Part shown: piece after piece, positions 28,074 to 38,002 of the stretch | How positions within the stretch are numbered: the stretch's first letter is position 1 | Layout: every line of letters starts with the position of its first letter | DNA from: Patescibacteria group bacterium | GTDB lineage: Bacteria; Patescibacteriota; Minisyncoccia; Phycocordibacterales; JBBUBG01 | NCBI GenBank assembly: GCA_040384765.1 | Contig: JAZKIQ010000004.1 | Span: 58,252-122,251 of the forward strand | DNA: 64,000 nt | Direction: 5' to 3' | Program-made: the position numbers and the translations under genes | The notes under the pieces: generated by a model | What the model was told of the DNA's origin: nothing | Database searches by the model: none | Seen by the model: only the letters and a program-made list of their open reading frames with translations

Positions 28074-28423
28074 AGAGCTGCTCGAATTTTCTCTACGTTG
28101 TCTTTAAGGTCGGCCATATTCTTTTCGGTATTTGGCCACACCCACACATGGGCGTGTGCTACATCTTCGCCAAACACCTGGCTTCGGATGAGTTCTGCGC
28201 CGAAGGCCTCTTTTTGGGCTAGCGCGATCTTCCTCACGACTTCAAAATAGGGGCCGATCTCAGGCACATCCCACACCCATCGGTAATGCTGTTTGGGGAT
28301 TATCTGGGTGTGCCCCGTACCGCGCGGATGAATATCAAGAAAGGCGAGGAAAAGGTTGTCCTCGTACACCACCAGAGCAGGGATCTCTTTTCGTACAATT
28401 TTGCAAAAAATGCAGTCAGTCAT
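28070..28423 (-). CDS. HIT family protein
   Basis: DCIFCKI, AFLDIHP, GHT and a variant triad HAHVW. Confidence 0.9.
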   Translation of the reverse strand: MTDCIFCKIVRKEIPALVVYEDNLFLAFLDIHPRGTGHTQIIPKQHYRWVWDVPEIGPYFEVVRKIALAQKEAFGAELIRSQVFGEDVAHAHVWVWPNTEKNMADLKDNVEKIRAAL

Positions 28424-28453
28424 AGGTGGAGTATAGCGTGATACAATCCGGCG

Positions 28454-30088
28454 ATGGAAGAGTATCCCGAGCTGTTGCGCACCCTGCTTCTCAATCGTGG
28501 TATTACCACGAAAGACGAGGCAGAGCGATTTTTATACCCAGACTATGAGCGCGATCTGCACGATCCATTTCTGATTCTTCATATGGAGCGTGCGGTAGAG
28601 CGTATTTTGAAGGCAGTTGCTGATCAAGAAAAGATTGTTATTTGGGGCGACTACGATTGCGACGGTATTCCAGGCTCTGTGGTACTACACGACTTCTTTC
28701 AGAAGATTGGCTATGCCCATTTTTCAAACTATATTCCTCATCGCTACCTCGAAGGATATGGCCTCAATATTCCCGGTATCGAAAAACTCGCGGCAGAGGG
28801 AGCGAAGCTGATTGTCACGGTTGATTCGGGTATTACTGATGTCGAGCAGGTGGCGCGTGCAAACGAGCTTGGTGTCGATGTTATCGTTACTGACCATCAT
28901 CTGCCGCAGGAGGTGCTTCCGAATGCGTATGCTGTCCTCAATTCGAAGCAGGCAGAGGATACCTATCCATTTCCGTTTCTGTCGGGAGCAGGCGTTGCTT
29001 TTAAGCTGGTCCAAGCCCTTCTTTTGCGAGGAGGCTTCGATGTAAAAACGGGATGGGAGAAATGGCTCCTCGATGTTGCTGGCCTTTCGACCATTGCTGA
29101 CATGGTGCCGCTTGTGGGAGAGAACCGTGCGCTTGCGCACTTTGGACTTCGAGTCTTGCGTCGTACTCCGCGTCTGGGCCTGCAGGCTCTCTATCGAAAC
29201 GCTCGACTTAACCCAGATCATCTCACCGAAGATGATGTTGGCTTTACCATCGGTCCTCGCATCAATGCCGCCTCTCGCATGGGGGAGCCTATTCGAGCGT
29301 TTGAGATGCTCTCTACGCGTGATCCACTGGCTGCTGGAATGATGGCTGCGTATCTCGAGGAGAAAAATGATGAGCGGAAGTATGTGGTCTCAGAGATGAT
29401 CGCAGAAGTTGATGCGCTCGTCGCGGCTCGCAGTACCGAGCCGGTTCTTGTTGTGGGGTCACCAAGCTGGAGACCTGGAGTTGTGGGGCTTGCTGCATCA
29501 AGAATTGTAGAGCGATACGGACGCACGGCCTTTGTGTGGGGTGGTGAGGGATGCTCTGACCTCAAAGGTTCATGTCGTTCTGATGGGACAGTCAATATCG
29601 TAGAGCTGATGAGAAATGCAGAGGCCGAGACGTTTCTTGGATTTGGAGGTCATGAGCAGGCCGGTGGCTTCTCAGTGCATCGAGATCGTATCGGAGCCCT
29701 CGAAGAGCGGCTGATGGTCGCGCACAGGGCAACGGCGCCACTCTCCAAGGGAAAGAGTGAGCGTCTTGTCGACGCAGCTCTTTCGCTTGATGCAGTCACC
29801 TGGGATACCTATCGGCTTATCGAGCAGCTTGCTCCGTATGGAGAAGGGAATCCGAAGCCGATCTTTTCATTTGAGGTCAGGCCAACTGCTTCGCGTCGTT
29901 TTGGCAAGAAAAAAGAGCATCTCGAGGTGACTTTTAAAAAAGAGTCAGGGGAGCCGGTAAACGCCATCCAGTTTTTTTCGAGCAATGAGCTTCCTCGACC
30001 GGGAGAGAAGATGTCGATGCTTGCTCATATCGAAAAGAACACGTTTAAGCGCACTCCGGAGCTACGATTGCGCATCGTTGAAGCGTAG
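28454..30088 (+). CDS. recJ: single-stranded-DNA exonuclease RecJ
   Basis: GDYDCDG, TVDSG, TDHH, PRINAASR and GGHEQAGG. Confidence 0.97.
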   Translation: MEEYPELLRTLLLNRGITTKDEAERFLYPDYERDLHDPFLILHMERAVERILKAVADQEKIVIWGDYDCDGIPGSVVLHDFFQKIGYAHFSNYIPHRYLEGYGLNIPGIEKLAAEGAKLIVTVDSGITDVEQVARANELGVDVIVTDHHLPQEVLPNAYAVLNSKQAEDTYPFPFLSGAGVAFKLVQALLLRGGFDVKTGWEKWLLDVAGLSTIADMVPLVGENRALAHFGLRVLRRTPRLGLQALYRNARLNPDHLTEDDVGFTIGPRINAASRMGEPIRAFEMLSTRDPLAAGMMAAYLEEKNDERKYVVSEMIAEVDALVAARSTEPVLVVGSPSWRPGVVGLAASRIVERYGRTAFVWGGEGCSDLKGSCRSDGTVNIVELMRNAEAETFLGFGGHEQAGGFSVHRDRIGALEERLMVAHRATAPLSKGKSERLVDAALSLDAVTWDTYRLIEQLAPYGEGNPKPIFSFEVRPTASRRFGKKKEHLEVTFKKESGEPVNAIQFFSSNELPRPGEKMSMLAHIEKNTFKRTPELRLRIVEA

Positions 30089-30155
30089 TGGGTCCTTGAT
30101 AGTAGTATGCTTTGTAGTATCTTGTAGCGAGACCGCCGGGTAGCCGGCAGGAGGT

Positions 30156-30608
30156 GTGTCTCTGGAGAAGTGCCTCTTTACACCAAAAGAGGTGGGGGAA
30201 GTTGTCGGCGTTTCATATCGCCAGATCCGGTACTGGGGAAAAACCGGTTTCATCAAGCCGACAGCGATGAGAAATGGAAAGCATCGGCTTTTCACAAAGA
30301 AGGATGTCTGTCTCTTTGCCGCGGCGAAGCATTTCCGCGAGCATTACAGCATCCCGAAACTACGGGGGTTTATGCAAGATATCGCGCAAGGGTTGCGCGA
30401 TTGCTACCTCCCGCTTCCCGGCCTTGTGATCTTGATACAGGGGGGAAGGGCGTTTGTGATCTCGGGACAGGTCGTTGGATCGTTTCCAGGCACGCACGTC
30501 TTTAGTCTCGCGCCCGTGTGCGAGACAATAAAGCAGATGTACCCTGATACGGAGGATGGGCTCAGATTGAGCAAATCGCTCCGTATTGTGGGGCCAATGG
30601 CGGCCTAG
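30156..30608 (+). CDS. MerR-type HTH protein
   Basis: FTPKEVGEVVGVSYRQIRYWGKTGFIKP...HRLFT. Confidence 0.8.
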   Translation: MSLEKCLFTPKEVGEVVGVSYRQIRYWGKTGFIKPTAMRNGKHRLFTKKDVCLFAAAKHFREHYSIPKLRGFMQDIAQGLRDCYLPLPGLVILIQGGRAFVISGQVVGSFPGTHVFSLAPVCETIKQMYPDTEDGLRLSKSLRIVGPMAA

Positions 30609-30698
30609 GTCAGTACCTGTTTTGTATAGGACTTGTTGCGCGGGCACCCTTTCTTTGGGTGCCCGTTTCATTTGCATCTGTTACTATCTTTTGTATCT

Positions 30699-31160
30699 AT
30701 GACCCCAAAAATAATCGCGTATACCGACGGGGGCTCGAGAAATAACCCGGGCGCGGCAGGGTCTGGGGCCTATATTATCGATGCGGAAGGGAACGTCCTC
30801 AAAAAGGCGTGGAGGGCGCTTGGTGTCGCGACCAACAATGTTGCGGAGTATACGGCAGTGATCCTTGCTCTCGAAGAGATAAAAAAGTTGGTGCCGGAAG
30901 CGGCGCGAAAAGATGCGGAGATCGAGATCCGGATGGATTCAGAGCTTGTATGTAGACAGATGATGGGGAGATACAAAATAAAAGCACCAGGATTGAAGCC
31001 GCTGTATGCAGATGTGCGAAATCTGATTATCGACTTTCCAAAAACGAAATTTGTTCATGTGCGGCGCGAGCTAAACAAAGATGCGGATGCTCTTTCGAAT
31101 GTGGCGATGGATGAAAGTGAGAAGATGCTAGCGAGCGCGAAAGAAGGGTTGTTCAAATAA
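30699..31160 (+). CDS. rnhA: ribonuclease HI family protein
   Basis: YTDGGSRNNPG, TNNVAEY, MDSELV and HVRRELNKDAD. Confidence 0.93.
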   Translation: MTPKIIAYTDGGSRNNPGAAGSGAYIIDAEGNVLKKAWRALGVATNNVAEYTAVILALEEIKKLVPEAARKDAEIEIRMDSELVCRQMMGRYKIKAPGLKPLYADVRNLIIDFPKTKFVHVRRELNKDADALSNVAMDESEKMLASAKEGLFK

Positions 31161-31270
31161 ATAAAACAGTATCTTTTTTGGAACACGGATATTTTTCTGG
31201 TGAAAAATTCCTCGAGCTCGCTTCGATCAAGCTCGCTAGTTTCCAAAAAAGATACTGTTTTATTTATTTG
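31154..31270. repeat. family A fold-back element, copy 2
   Basis: 30-bp perfect inverted arms; the left arm includes the rnhA stop codon. Confidence 0.9.
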
Positions 31271-31279
31271 GTGCGCTCA

Positions 31280-31783
31280 CTAGCGAGAGAGGAGGAGGAT
31301 TGAGAATGCAAATACGAGTGCTTGTGATCCGAGGCCAACTAGGTCCCATTTGAGGCGGGTCTTCGCATGCCACACATCGTGAAACTCTTTGAGCTCTTTC
31401 ACGGGTGTTTTGCGCCAGAACCAGTAGACGGACTGCAGTGCGTCGGGAAGAATAGCTCCGATGGCGACGGCAGCGTAGGGGAGAAGGCCGGAAAAGGAGA
31501 GCTCGGGGCGTACTACCAAGATTCCAGCTGCTGTGCCAACGGCCACATCAAACGTAATCTTTAAGAGATCTTTTGCAATATTGCGAGAAGTGGGGTGGAG
31601 CTCGATATGGAGAACCTCTGCGCGCTCCTGTTTTGCCGTGCCTAAGTGGTAGTCGTAGTGGGGGATCGCGTCAGCGAGGTAGTGCGTAAACATGCCAAAA
31701 AGAAACCCGAGGCCTGGGTTTGCTATGCCGATCATTGGCTTTGCTAGGGCTTCTGCTATTACAATATGAGTTGCCAGGGTCAT
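31280..31783 (-). CDS. membrane protein, possible metal-dependent hydrolase
   Basis: TH, HYLADAIPHYDY, LPD and FH..WH motifs; several TMs. Confidence 0.7.
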   Translation of the reverse strand: MTLATHIVIAEALAKPMIGIANPGLGFLFGMFTHYLADAIPHYDYHLGTAKQERAEVLHIELHPTSRNIAKDLLKITFDVAVGTAAGILVVRPELSFSGLLPYAAVAIGAILPDALQSVYWFWRKTPVKELKEFHDVWHAKTRLKWDLVGLGSQALVFAFSILLLSR

Positions 31784-31785
31784 GG

Positions 31786-31824
31786 AGTATGTTTTAAAAG
31801 CATCCGCTGCTTTTAAAACATACT
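31786..31824. repeat. 17-bp perfect palindrome between divergent starts
   Basis: AGTATGTTTTAAAAGCA-TCCGC-TGCTTTTAAAACATACT. Confidence 0.8.
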
Positions 31825-31835
31825 TTAGCATAGGT

Positions 31836-33302
31836 ATGTACGACAACTACGCTGTCCCATTTTTTGTCGGATTTTTGGTTGCGCTTACTGCCGCCTCCTT
31901 TTTGACGATTCCTCTCTCTGCCGTACTGTTTTCTTGCGTTGTTGCTCTCGCTTTTCTTTTGCTTTCCCGACAGTACCGTTTTACTCCAGCCGCTTTTTTC
32001 TGCGTGGGTGTCGCATTTGGACTGACGAGATTTCTTGGTTCGGATGTTCCGAGAGACCTGCCCAAAGAGGTGCTTGGCGTCGAACATTCATATGAGGGAG
32101 TAGTTGTAGAGGAGCCTGTCGTTTCGGATCAGAATGCAAAGCTTCTCGTGCATCTTTCCGATCCCGAGCTTTCTGTCCTTGTAACGACAAACCGATATCC
32201 GGTCTATGAATATGGCGATGATATCGAACTCGTAGGGAAGCTAAAGAAGCCTGAAAACTTTTCCGATTTTGACTGGGTGGGGTATCTCGATATGCGCGGG
32301 GTTTCGTATGTGATGAGTTATCCGAATACCACCCTCATCTCTCGCGCTAGTGGATCGGCACTGCTCACGACCCTTCTTCGCTTCAAGCACTGGTCGATCG
32401 AAAAGATCGCGGAGGTGCTGCCCGAGCCAGCTGCTTCTTTTGCGGCCGGGATTGCATTTGGGGGAAAGGGAGGCCTCCCGAAAGATCTCACGGAGTCATT
32501 TAGAAAAACGGGCACTTCACATATTGTTGCAGTGTCAGGCTACAACCTTACTTTCGTTGCCGATCGCATCGATCTCCTTTTGAGAGGTGCGCCACTGTTC
32601 CTTGCTCGATTTGGGGGAGTGCTCGGGATCATTCTGTTTACTCTTATGACTGGTGCACAGGGAGCAACTGTGCGCGCTGCCATCATGGCGCTCGCGCTTA
32701 TTGCAGCCCGTCATCTGGGCAGGCCAGCGAGTCAGTTTCGACTCCTTATGATCGCGGTGTTTTTTATGGCGCTCCAAAATCCACGGATTCTTTTCTTCGA
32801 TCTCTCTTTCGAGCTTAGTTTTCTCGCAACAGTGGGGCTCATTTTTCTGTCACCTCTCTTTGAGAATCTCATTGAACGCTTCGTTTCGTCCGACGCGCTT
32901 CGGACTCTTATTTCAGGCACCCTTGGCGCACAGACGGCCGTGCTTCCTCTTATTTTGTATAAAACAGGGATTCTTTCCCTTGTCGCGCTTCCCGTAAATC
33001 TGGTCGTCTTGCCCTTGGTGCCTTTTGCGATGATCCTTGTTTTGGTGACAGCTCTCTTTGGGGCCTTCTCACACCTTCTTTCGTTCGCCATCGGTGCAGT
33101 TGCTTATGGAGTCCTCTCGGCAATCCTTTTTATTATCGAACAGTCTGCTGCGCTTCCTCTTGCTTTCGTTGAGGTTGGTTTTCCTTTTTCTCTCATGTGC
33201 TTTAGCTATGCGTTCCTCGTAGCTTGGATCTTCTTTGCTTATGAGCTTTCGAAAGCCCCGGCAGTGCTCGTCGACGGAGTCCGCATCGAACTCGTCGACT
33301 AA
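31836..33302 (+). CDS. comEC: ComEC/Rec2 competence channel (membrane part)
   Basis: FRKTGTSHIVAVSGYN, ATVRAAIM and DLSFELSFLAT. Confidence 0.93.
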   Translation: MYDNYAVPFFVGFLVALTAASFLTIPLSAVLFSCVVALAFLLLSRQYRFTPAAFFCVGVAFGLTRFLGSDVPRDLPKEVLGVEHSYEGVVVEEPVVSDQNAKLLVHLSDPELSVLVTTNRYPVYEYGDDIELVGKLKKPENFSDFDWVGYLDMRGVSYVMSYPNTTLISRASGSALLTTLLRFKHWSIEKIAEVLPEPAASFAAGIAFGGKGGLPKDLTESFRKTGTSHIVAVSGYNLTFVADRIDLLLRGAPLFLARFGGVLGIILFTLMTGAQGATVRAAIMALALIAARHLGRPASQFRLLMIAVFFMALQNPRILFFDLSFELSFLATVGLIFLSPLFENLIERFVSSDALRTLISGTLGAQTAVLPLILYKTGILSLVALPVNLVVLPLVPFAMILVLVTALFGAFSHLLSFAIGAVAYGVLSAILFIIEQSAALPLAFVEVGFPFSLMCFSYAFLVAWIFFAYELSKAPAVLVDGVRIELVD

Positions 33303-33338
33303 GAATCGCGCTGTTCCTCGATCTGCTACACTTTTCCT

Positions 33339-34190
33339 GTGCCGTTTTCGTATAATAAATGGTTGCTAGTGGCTCTTCTTCTCGCTGGGAATATCGGCGT
33401 TTGGAATGCAGTTGCGGCAGAAGCCGCGCACCCTTTGCGCATATATGTGCTCGATGTGGGCCAAGGGGATGCGATATATGTAGAAGCTCCAAACGGAAAC
33501 AGTCTTCTCTTGGACGGTGGGCCTGACCGTTCGGTACTCCGAAGGCTTGGTGAAATTATGCCCTGGTATCGGAGGTCGATCGACCTCATCGCTCTTTCTC
33601 ACCCGCACAAAGATCATTTTGAAGGTCTTATTGACGTTGTCTCTCGGTATAAGGTTGGCGGACTGGTTGGCTCGGGTACACAAACGGATGACCCGTACTA
33701 CCGGTCTTGGCGCGAGGCTCTGATTCAGGAAAAAGTATCTGAGGTGATTCTCGGCAAGGGCGCAGTGATCGACCTCGGCGGTGGTGTTCTCTTGACCACG
33801 CTTCTTCCGAGAGAGGATGCGACACACTCAACACCGCATGATGGAATGCTCGTTATGCGTCTTGACTACGGTGAGAGCTCTATTCTTTTCACGGGCGATA
33901 TGGAGGAAAATCTGGAGTCAGGACTCGCGATTTTCGAAAGGGAAGAGATACGGTCAGATGTTCTCAAGGTTGGTCATCATGGCTCGCGTACTTCGAGCTC
34001 CGAGCAGTTTCTCGATGCGGTAGGGCCCGCGATTGCGGTGATCTCTTTGGGAAAAGGGAATAGCTACGGTCATCCGCACAGTGAAGTAGTGGAGAGGTTG
34101 CTCTCGCGCAAGATCGAGATTTTTCGTACTGATAGTGAAGGGACAGTACTACTTGAAAGTGAGGGAGAACGCTTTGTTATTCAAAAATAG
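33339..34190 (+). CDS. ComEC-type metallo-beta-lactamase-fold domain (separate gene)
   Basis: LDVGQGDA, SHPHKDH, FTGD, LKVGHHGS and YGHP. Confidence 0.92.
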   Translation: MPFSYNKWLLVALLLAGNIGVWNAVAAEAAHPLRIYVLDVGQGDAIYVEAPNGNSLLLDGGPDRSVLRRLGEIMPWYRRSIDLIALSHPHKDHFEGLIDVVSRYKVGGLVGSGTQTDDPYYRSWREALIQEKVSEVILGKGAVIDLGGGVLLTTLLPREDATHSTPHDGMLVMRLDYGESSILFTGDMEENLESGLAIFEREEIRSDVLKVGHHGSRTSSSEQFLDAVGPAIAVISLGKGNSYGHPHSEVVERLLSRKIEIFRTDSEGTVLLESEGERFVIQK

Positions 34191-34197
34191 CCCCCAC

Positions 34198-34995
34198 CTA
34201 ATGAGCATGAGTGCCAGCCTCTGTTTCTGGTGGGAGTACGTATGGTGCGACTACGGGAGATGGAGTAGGAGAAAATGGGCGGATGCTCGCGAGAAGAGTT
34301 TTCCCTTCTTCTCTGTAGTTTTGAGTAAGGAGATCTTTTTGTTCTGCGACATAGTACCAGGTACGGATAACTATGCCGTTTATGACTTCGCGTTTTTGGA
34401 GCGCGTAGATAGAAAGTGGGCCGAGGTTTGCGGGATCTTGGCAGTTTAGCGCGCGTGTTTCGATGAGGCGCGCCCGGAGAGAGGTGGGAAGCTCTGTGGG
34501 TATCGTATAGAGGCAGCGGTCAAAAAAGCTTTGCTGGTAGAGATTGGGGCGAGTTGGGATATCGCTTGTGCGAACACCTGTGGGGAAAATCTCTACGATA
34601 ATCGTTTTTGTGACGCTACCGATTGTTGCGTAGACTGACTCTTTTTTTACAAAAATCGCTTGCACTACGTGGCCCGGCTTGTCGGCAAAGGTGAGCTTGC
34701 GTTCTCCTGCGTATGCCCAGCTGAGGTCGGGGAGTGGCATCGCTGTCCTGGTGCCGTTTGCTTCTATCAAGTAGGTGTTCGAAGCCCCGCCATTTCCGTT
34801 TGCGAGAACTGCTACATGGCCCGTACCCGGAGTGTTGATCGCTTTTGAGAAAGGGTCGACCAGCCCGTACATAAGTGTGTATACGACAAAAGCGGCAAAC
34901 CAGAGGCCAAGGAAGAGGACGAGGAGTCTGAATATAAGAAACCCCTCAATCCACTTGAACGACTTTGAGATTGCGTCTGAGATCAAGGTAAACAT
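34198..34995 (-). CDS. membrane-anchored hypothetical protein
   Basis: 265 aa ORF with an N-terminal TM. Confidence 0.7.
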   Translation of the reverse strand: MFTLISDAISKSFKWIEGFLIFRLLVLFLGLWFAAFVVYTLMYGLVDPFSKAINTPGTGHVAVLANGNGGASNTYLIEANGTRTAMPLPDLSWAYAGERKLTFADKPGHVVQAIFVKKESVYATIGSVTKTIIVEIFPTGVRTSDIPTRPNLYQQSFFDRCLYTIPTELPTSLRARLIETRALNCQDPANLGPLSIYALQKREVINGIVIRTWYYVAEQKDLLTQNYREEGKTLLASIRPFSPTPSPVVAPYVLPPETEAGTHAH

Positions 34996-35049
34996 CTCTT
35001 TTAGTATCCCATAGAAAGCGGAAAGTTTTTAGGAGAACAGGGTAGAGAA

Positions 35050-35083
35050 AAAGAAACACCGCCACTTTGTGGCGGTGTTTCTT
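35050..35083. terminator. intrinsic terminator downstream of rpmB
   Basis: AAAGAAACACCGCCAC-TTT-GTGGCGGTGTTTCTTT. Confidence 0.8.
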
Positions 35084-35093
35084 TAGATTTTCT

Positions 35094-35175
35094 TATTGCC
35101 TAGTGAAGTGAGAGTCGCGAAAGTGTACTCACTTTCATGACCGAACGAATGACGGCAAAAAAGTGAGCACACTTT
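35094..35175 (+). repeat. family B fold-back element, copy 1
   Basis: TATTGCCTAGTGAAGTGAG..GTCGCGAAAGTGTACTCACTTTCATGACCGAACGAATGACGGCAAAAAAGTGAG; near-identical to 49946-50023. Confidence 0.9.
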
Positions 35176-35422
35176 ATGCTGCGACTGGCTCTGCTTTAGG
35201 TGTTATCGTTTTTCGCTTGCGTGCAGTTGAAGGTCCGAGGTGGAGCGATGCTTTCAAGCAGTGTGTACAGATTTTGATACGTGAACCGTCTGCGAGGCGT
35301 GCCCACTGCAGGTTTGGCTGCCGACGGCGAGTGCCTGTCGGGTTGAATTTTGTAGCACGAACACGGTTGGAGTAGCCTCCTCCGTTGTGCGTACCTTTGC
35401 TGCAAATAGGGCACATCTTCAT
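35174..35422 (-). CDS. rpmB: 50S ribosomal protein L28
   Basis: CPICSKG...RRRQPNLQ...KICTHCLK. Confidence 0.9.
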   Translation of the reverse strand: MKMCPICSKGTHNGGGYSNRVRATKFNPTGTRRRQPNLQWARLADGSRIKICTHCLKASLHLGPSTARKRKTITPKAEPVAA

Positions 35423-35454
35423 GGTTTTTGTATGCTACTATACCTCTACTCTCC

Positions 35455-36057
35455 ATGCAAGGATTTTCACTCATTTTTGACCTCCTGATCGTCCTCGTTT
35501 CCGTCATTGTGCACGAAGTTTCGCACGGGTATATGGCGGCGTATCTCGGCGACCCTACAGCGAAGCTTTCGGGTCGCCTGACCCTCAATCCGCTTTCGCA
35601 CCTTGATCCGTTTGGCTCGATTTTGTTGCCAGGGATGCTCTATTTTATAGGTGCACCGATGATCGGATATGCAAAGCCGGTACCGTACAATCCATATAAC
35701 CTTCGCGGTGGGAAATGGGGACCTGCGCTTGTTGCAATGGCGGGACCCGGGACCAATTTTCTTATCGCTCTTATTTTTGGTCTTTTGCTCAGGTTTGCTC
35801 CGGTTGATCTGGCAACTGTCTCGGTGCTTTCGTCGATCGTACTTATCAATATTGTACTTGGTGTTTTCAACTCGATACCTGTGGCTCCGCTTGATGGATC
35901 GAAGGTGCTTTTTGCCCTTCTTCCATATCGCTACTATTGGGTAGAGGAGTGGGCCGAGCGATACAGTCTTGTGCTCGTGCTACTTTTTATCATTCTTGGT
36001 TGGCCGCTCGTGGAGTGGATTGTGCCGCTTGTCTTCCGGTTGATTGTCGGTGTTTGA
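35455..36057 (+). CDS. site-2 protease (M50 family)
   Basis: HEVSH, GDPTAK..GRLTLNP and FNSIPVAPLDG. Confidence 0.93.
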   Translation: MQGFSLIFDLLIVLVSVIVHEVSHGYMAAYLGDPTAKLSGRLTLNPLSHLDPFGSILLPGMLYFIGAPMIGYAKPVPYNPYNLRGGKWGPALVAMAGPGTNFLIALIFGLLLRFAPVDLATVSVLSSIVLINIVLGVFNSIPVAPLDGSKVLFALLPYRYYWVEEWAERYSLVLVLLFIILGWPLVEWIVPLVFRLIVGV

Positions 36058-36179
36058 AGCACGTTTTAAAACCGCAGATTCGCGAAGCCGAGGGAGAAAA
36101 ATGCGAGGTGTACACAAGGTACAGTGAGTGTTTTTCGACCGATGGCGACAAAGAAGGTGGGGTTTTAAAACGTGCTTCA
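36055..36179. repeat. fold-back element with 19-bp perfect arms
   Basis: TGAAGCACGTTTTAAAACC/GGTTTTAAAACGTGCTTCA; apical module resembles 10947-11137. Confidence 0.8.
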
Positions 36180-36234
36180 GGAGGTATACTATCCTCGGCT
36201 TGTAAAAACAGGGGGAAGAAAGGGGTGATCTCAG

Positions 36235-36996
36235 GTGCCTTTTTCAAAAAGGGGAGCGGCTGGAAAGAAGCTATTCGGACTTTCCACGGCAGATACAGAA
36301 CAGAGTACTGAAAAAAAGGAGGTGATCGTACGTGCGCTCGTGCCTCTTGTGGAGGGTGCGCGGTCGCTCCTGCATATCGGGGCAGGGGACGGCGCTCTTG
36401 CCATCCCTCTTTCTCGAGTGGTGACTCGGTATGTAGCCCTCGATCGTAGGCCGACACATCTCAGGGCTCTCAAGGCAGCAGGCCTGGAGGTGATTGAGGG
36501 TACGTTTCCGTGCCCTGTCCGGACGAGTCGGGCGCTTGGGGTGAGAACCGAAGGGTTTGCTCGCGTGGTGGCATGCGAGATAGTGCCATCTCGGCAGGAC
36601 CAGCTCGAGGCGTTCATTACGAGTGCTTGGTCGTCCGTAGAGAGTCAGGGCGCGCTTATCCTCGTGGTTCTTGATGACGAGGATTCGGAGTGGCGGCTGC
36701 TTCTCGAAAAGCTTGGGCTCTTCGAGGATTCGGGTATCGTTCCGGGAAGAATCGACACAATCGCTTCAATGCTCGTGGGGAAGGGTAGCCTCGACATGAT
36801 TGCTCTCGGGTCGGTCCTTGTTTCGGACGGATATGCGGATTTCATCGCAGAGCTTGCCCGTATCTATCTACGGGGCGACGCTGGCCACGACCGGTGCTTT
36901 CGAGCGACTGAAGCCCTGCTCAAGGCCCGATACTGGAACGGGACCTCCTTTTTATTCCCGCTTACGCACCTTATCTATAGGTGCATTCGCTTCTAG
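36235..36996 (+). CDS. class I SAM-dependent methyltransferase-like protein
   Basis: LLHIGAGDG motif I-like segment and YVALD. Confidence 0.65.
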   Translation: MPFSKRGAAGKKLFGLSTADTEQSTEKKEVIVRALVPLVEGARSLLHIGAGDGALAIPLSRVVTRYVALDRRPTHLRALKAAGLEVIEGTFPCPVRTSRALGVRTEGFARVVACEIVPSRQDQLEAFITSAWSSVESQGALILVVLDDEDSEWRLLLEKLGLFEDSGIVPGRIDTIASMLVGKGSLDMIALGSVLVSDGYADFIAELARIYLRGDAGHDRCFRATEALLKARYWNGTSFLFPLTHLIYRCIRF

Positions 36997-37051
36997 CCTC
37001 GGGTTCACGATGGCGCTGCGCACGGCTTCCGTGCGCAGTTCTCTTTTTCTG

Positions 37052-37080
37052 TTGACAACCACCCTCCCTTTGCTTACTAT
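37052..37080 (+). promoter_or_regulatory. str operon promoter
   Basis: TTGACA-17 nt-TACTAT. Confidence 0.8.
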
Positions 37081-37095
37081 GTACCTCTACATATC

Positions 37096-37515
37096 ATGTC
37101 GACCATCAATCAGCTCATACGCAAGCCCCGCAAGCCTTCTCGCCGGCTCTCGCGCACCGTTGCGCTCGCGCGCGGCTTTAACACGCTTAAGAACCGCCCG
37201 GTGTTTTATCCAGCGCCTTTTAAGCGAGGTGTATGCACAAAGGTATCGACTACAACTCCGAAAAAGCCTAACTCAGCTCTCCGAAAGATCGCCCGCGTTC
37301 GCCTTACGAACGGCATGGAGGTTACCGCATATATTCCTGGTATTGGCCACAATCTTCAGGAGCACTCAGTGGTGATCATCCGCGGCGGCAAGGTAAAGGA
37401 CCTTCCTGGTGTTCGATATCATATCGTTCGCGGTATGCTCGATGCATCTGGCGTAGACAAGCGTAATCAGTCGCGCTCGAAGTATGGTGCAAAGCGACCA
37501 AAGGCTAAGAAGTAA
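37096..37515 (+). CDS. rpsL: 30S ribosomal protein S12
   Basis: [11 protein letters not shown] and DLPGVRYH. Confidence 0.99.
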   Translation: MSTINQLIRKPRKPSRRLSRTVALARGFNTLKNRPVFYPAPFKRGVCTKVSTTTPKKPNSALRKIARVRLTNGMEVTAYIPGIGHNLQEHSVVIIRGGKVKDLPGVRYHIVRGMLDASGVDKRNQSRSKYGAKRPKAKK

Positions 37516-37529
37516 TTTTGTAATATCTC

Positions 37530-38000
37530 ATGCGACGCAAAGTAAAAGGACGAAATATAGTAAAACCGGATTTCAAATACAATTCGGTGAAGATTGCTCA
37601 GTTCATCAACTACACCATGGAGGATGGCAAGAAGGAGGTTGCCCGAAAGGTGGTGTACGGTATGCTCGAGGATCTGAAAAGGGATATGAAGGTTGAGAAC
37701 CCGGTAGAGCTTTTTGAGATTGCGATCAAGAACGTGGCGCCTTCAACCGAGGTGCGCAGCCGCCGCATTGGTGGTGCTACATACCAGGTACCTCGCGAGG
37801 TTCGTCCGGAGCGTCGACAGGCACTTGCGTATCGCTGGATTCTTGATGCAGCACGCAGCAAGAAAGGTTCGCCAATCCAGAAGCGTCTTGCGGATGAGAT
37901 TATCGCTGCATCAAAGAACGAAGGGGAAGCGGTGCGCAAGAGAGAGAACACTCAGAAGATGGCTGACGCGAACCGGGCATTTGCACATTTTGCTTGGTAA
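37530..38000 (+). CDS. rpsG: 30S ribosomal protein S7
   Basis: EVRSRRIGGATYQVP and ANRAFAHF. Confidence 0.99.
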   Translation: MRRKVKGRNIVKPDFKYNSVKIAQFINYTMEDGKKEVARKVVYGMLEDLKRDMKVENPVELFEIAIKNVAPSTEVRSRRIGGATYQVPREVRPERRQALAYRWILDAARSKKGSPIQKRLADEIIAASKNEGEAVRKRENTQKMADANRAFAHFAW

Positions 38001-38002
38001 GT

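Noticed and set aside
31836-34190. Split comEC as a pseudogene
   Set aside because: Both parts are intact, the second has its own signal segment and -10 box, and separate MBL-domain genes are common.
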